This document shows, piece by piece, positions 63,782 through 64,000 of a stretch of DNA of 64,000 nucleotides. Origin of the DNA: Rhina ancylostomus (Eukaryota). The notes below the pieces were generated by a model. That model was not told the origin of the DNA and did not search any database. It saw only the letters and a program-made list of their open reading frames with translations. The stretch is taken from assembly GCA_030265395.1 (NCBI GenBank), contig JARFYF010000017.1:42839889-42903888 (forward strand), in the 5' to 3' direction. The first letter of the stretch is position 1. Each line of letters starts with the position of its first letter. The position numbers and the translations under genes are program-made.

Positions 63782-64000
63782 GATGACACCGTACAGAGGC
63801 ACTTCAAAGAAGCCATCTCCAAGGACAAGGCTCTGCTGGCTCTTAAACCCTCTGGTACCAGCGCCCAGCGTGTCCAGCTCAGTGTGCGAGCCTCTCGCCA
63901 GGCAGCCAGCCAGGAAGGCCGCTACAAAGTCATTGCCAGCCACAGACGAAACCTTTTGAAATTTCAGCAGGGTGATGAGAAAACTGATGAGGAATCTGGA
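63782..64000 (+). CDS. SLC7A6OS: SLC7A6OS (Iwr1-family RNA Pol II nuclear import factor) exon 2, runs off the window
   Basis: tag|GAT GAC ACC..., 73 open codons: DDTVQRHFKEAISKDKALLALKPSGTSAQRVQLSVRASRQAASQEGRYKVIASHRR..., vs recalled human EEPVQ...[35 protein letters not shown]. Confidence 0.82.

Noticed and set aside
63686-63943. Minus-strand 85-aa ORF
   Set aside because: Antisense shadow of the SLC7A6OS-like exon.

Overview
Eukaryotic (vertebrate) genomic DNA. The repeat content (V-SINE/HE1-like, DeuSINE-like, CR1, RTE and Penelope-like remnants) points to a cartilaginous fish; this is inference. Most of the window is one + strand multi-exon gene, WDR59 (GATOR2/SEA3: WD40 repeats, RWD domain, C-terminal RING/zinc finger). 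I traced coding exons 2-26 by hand. They splice in frame to 961 codons plus a TGA ending at 56928; exon 1 lies upstream of the window. Notable features of the gene are a 57-nt in-frame cassette exon (33071-33127) with three tandem RBFOX motifs downstream, a GC-AG intron after exon 14, and a long 3' UTR region with a 22-bp hairpin carrying AATAAA at its apex. After a large N gap, a CpG-rich segment and an open exon at the window end match SLC7A6OS (Iwr1 family). Introns hold many decayed transposons. These include fold-back mini-elements built from Penelope terminal repeats with hammerhead-ribozyme remnants, a pogo/Tigger-like MITE and an RTE fragment with a 5' inversion. Most ORFs in the supplied track are spurious, repeat-derived or run through N gaps. 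Gene identities come from my recollection of the human/mouse proteins, not from a database search; repeat boundaries are approximate.
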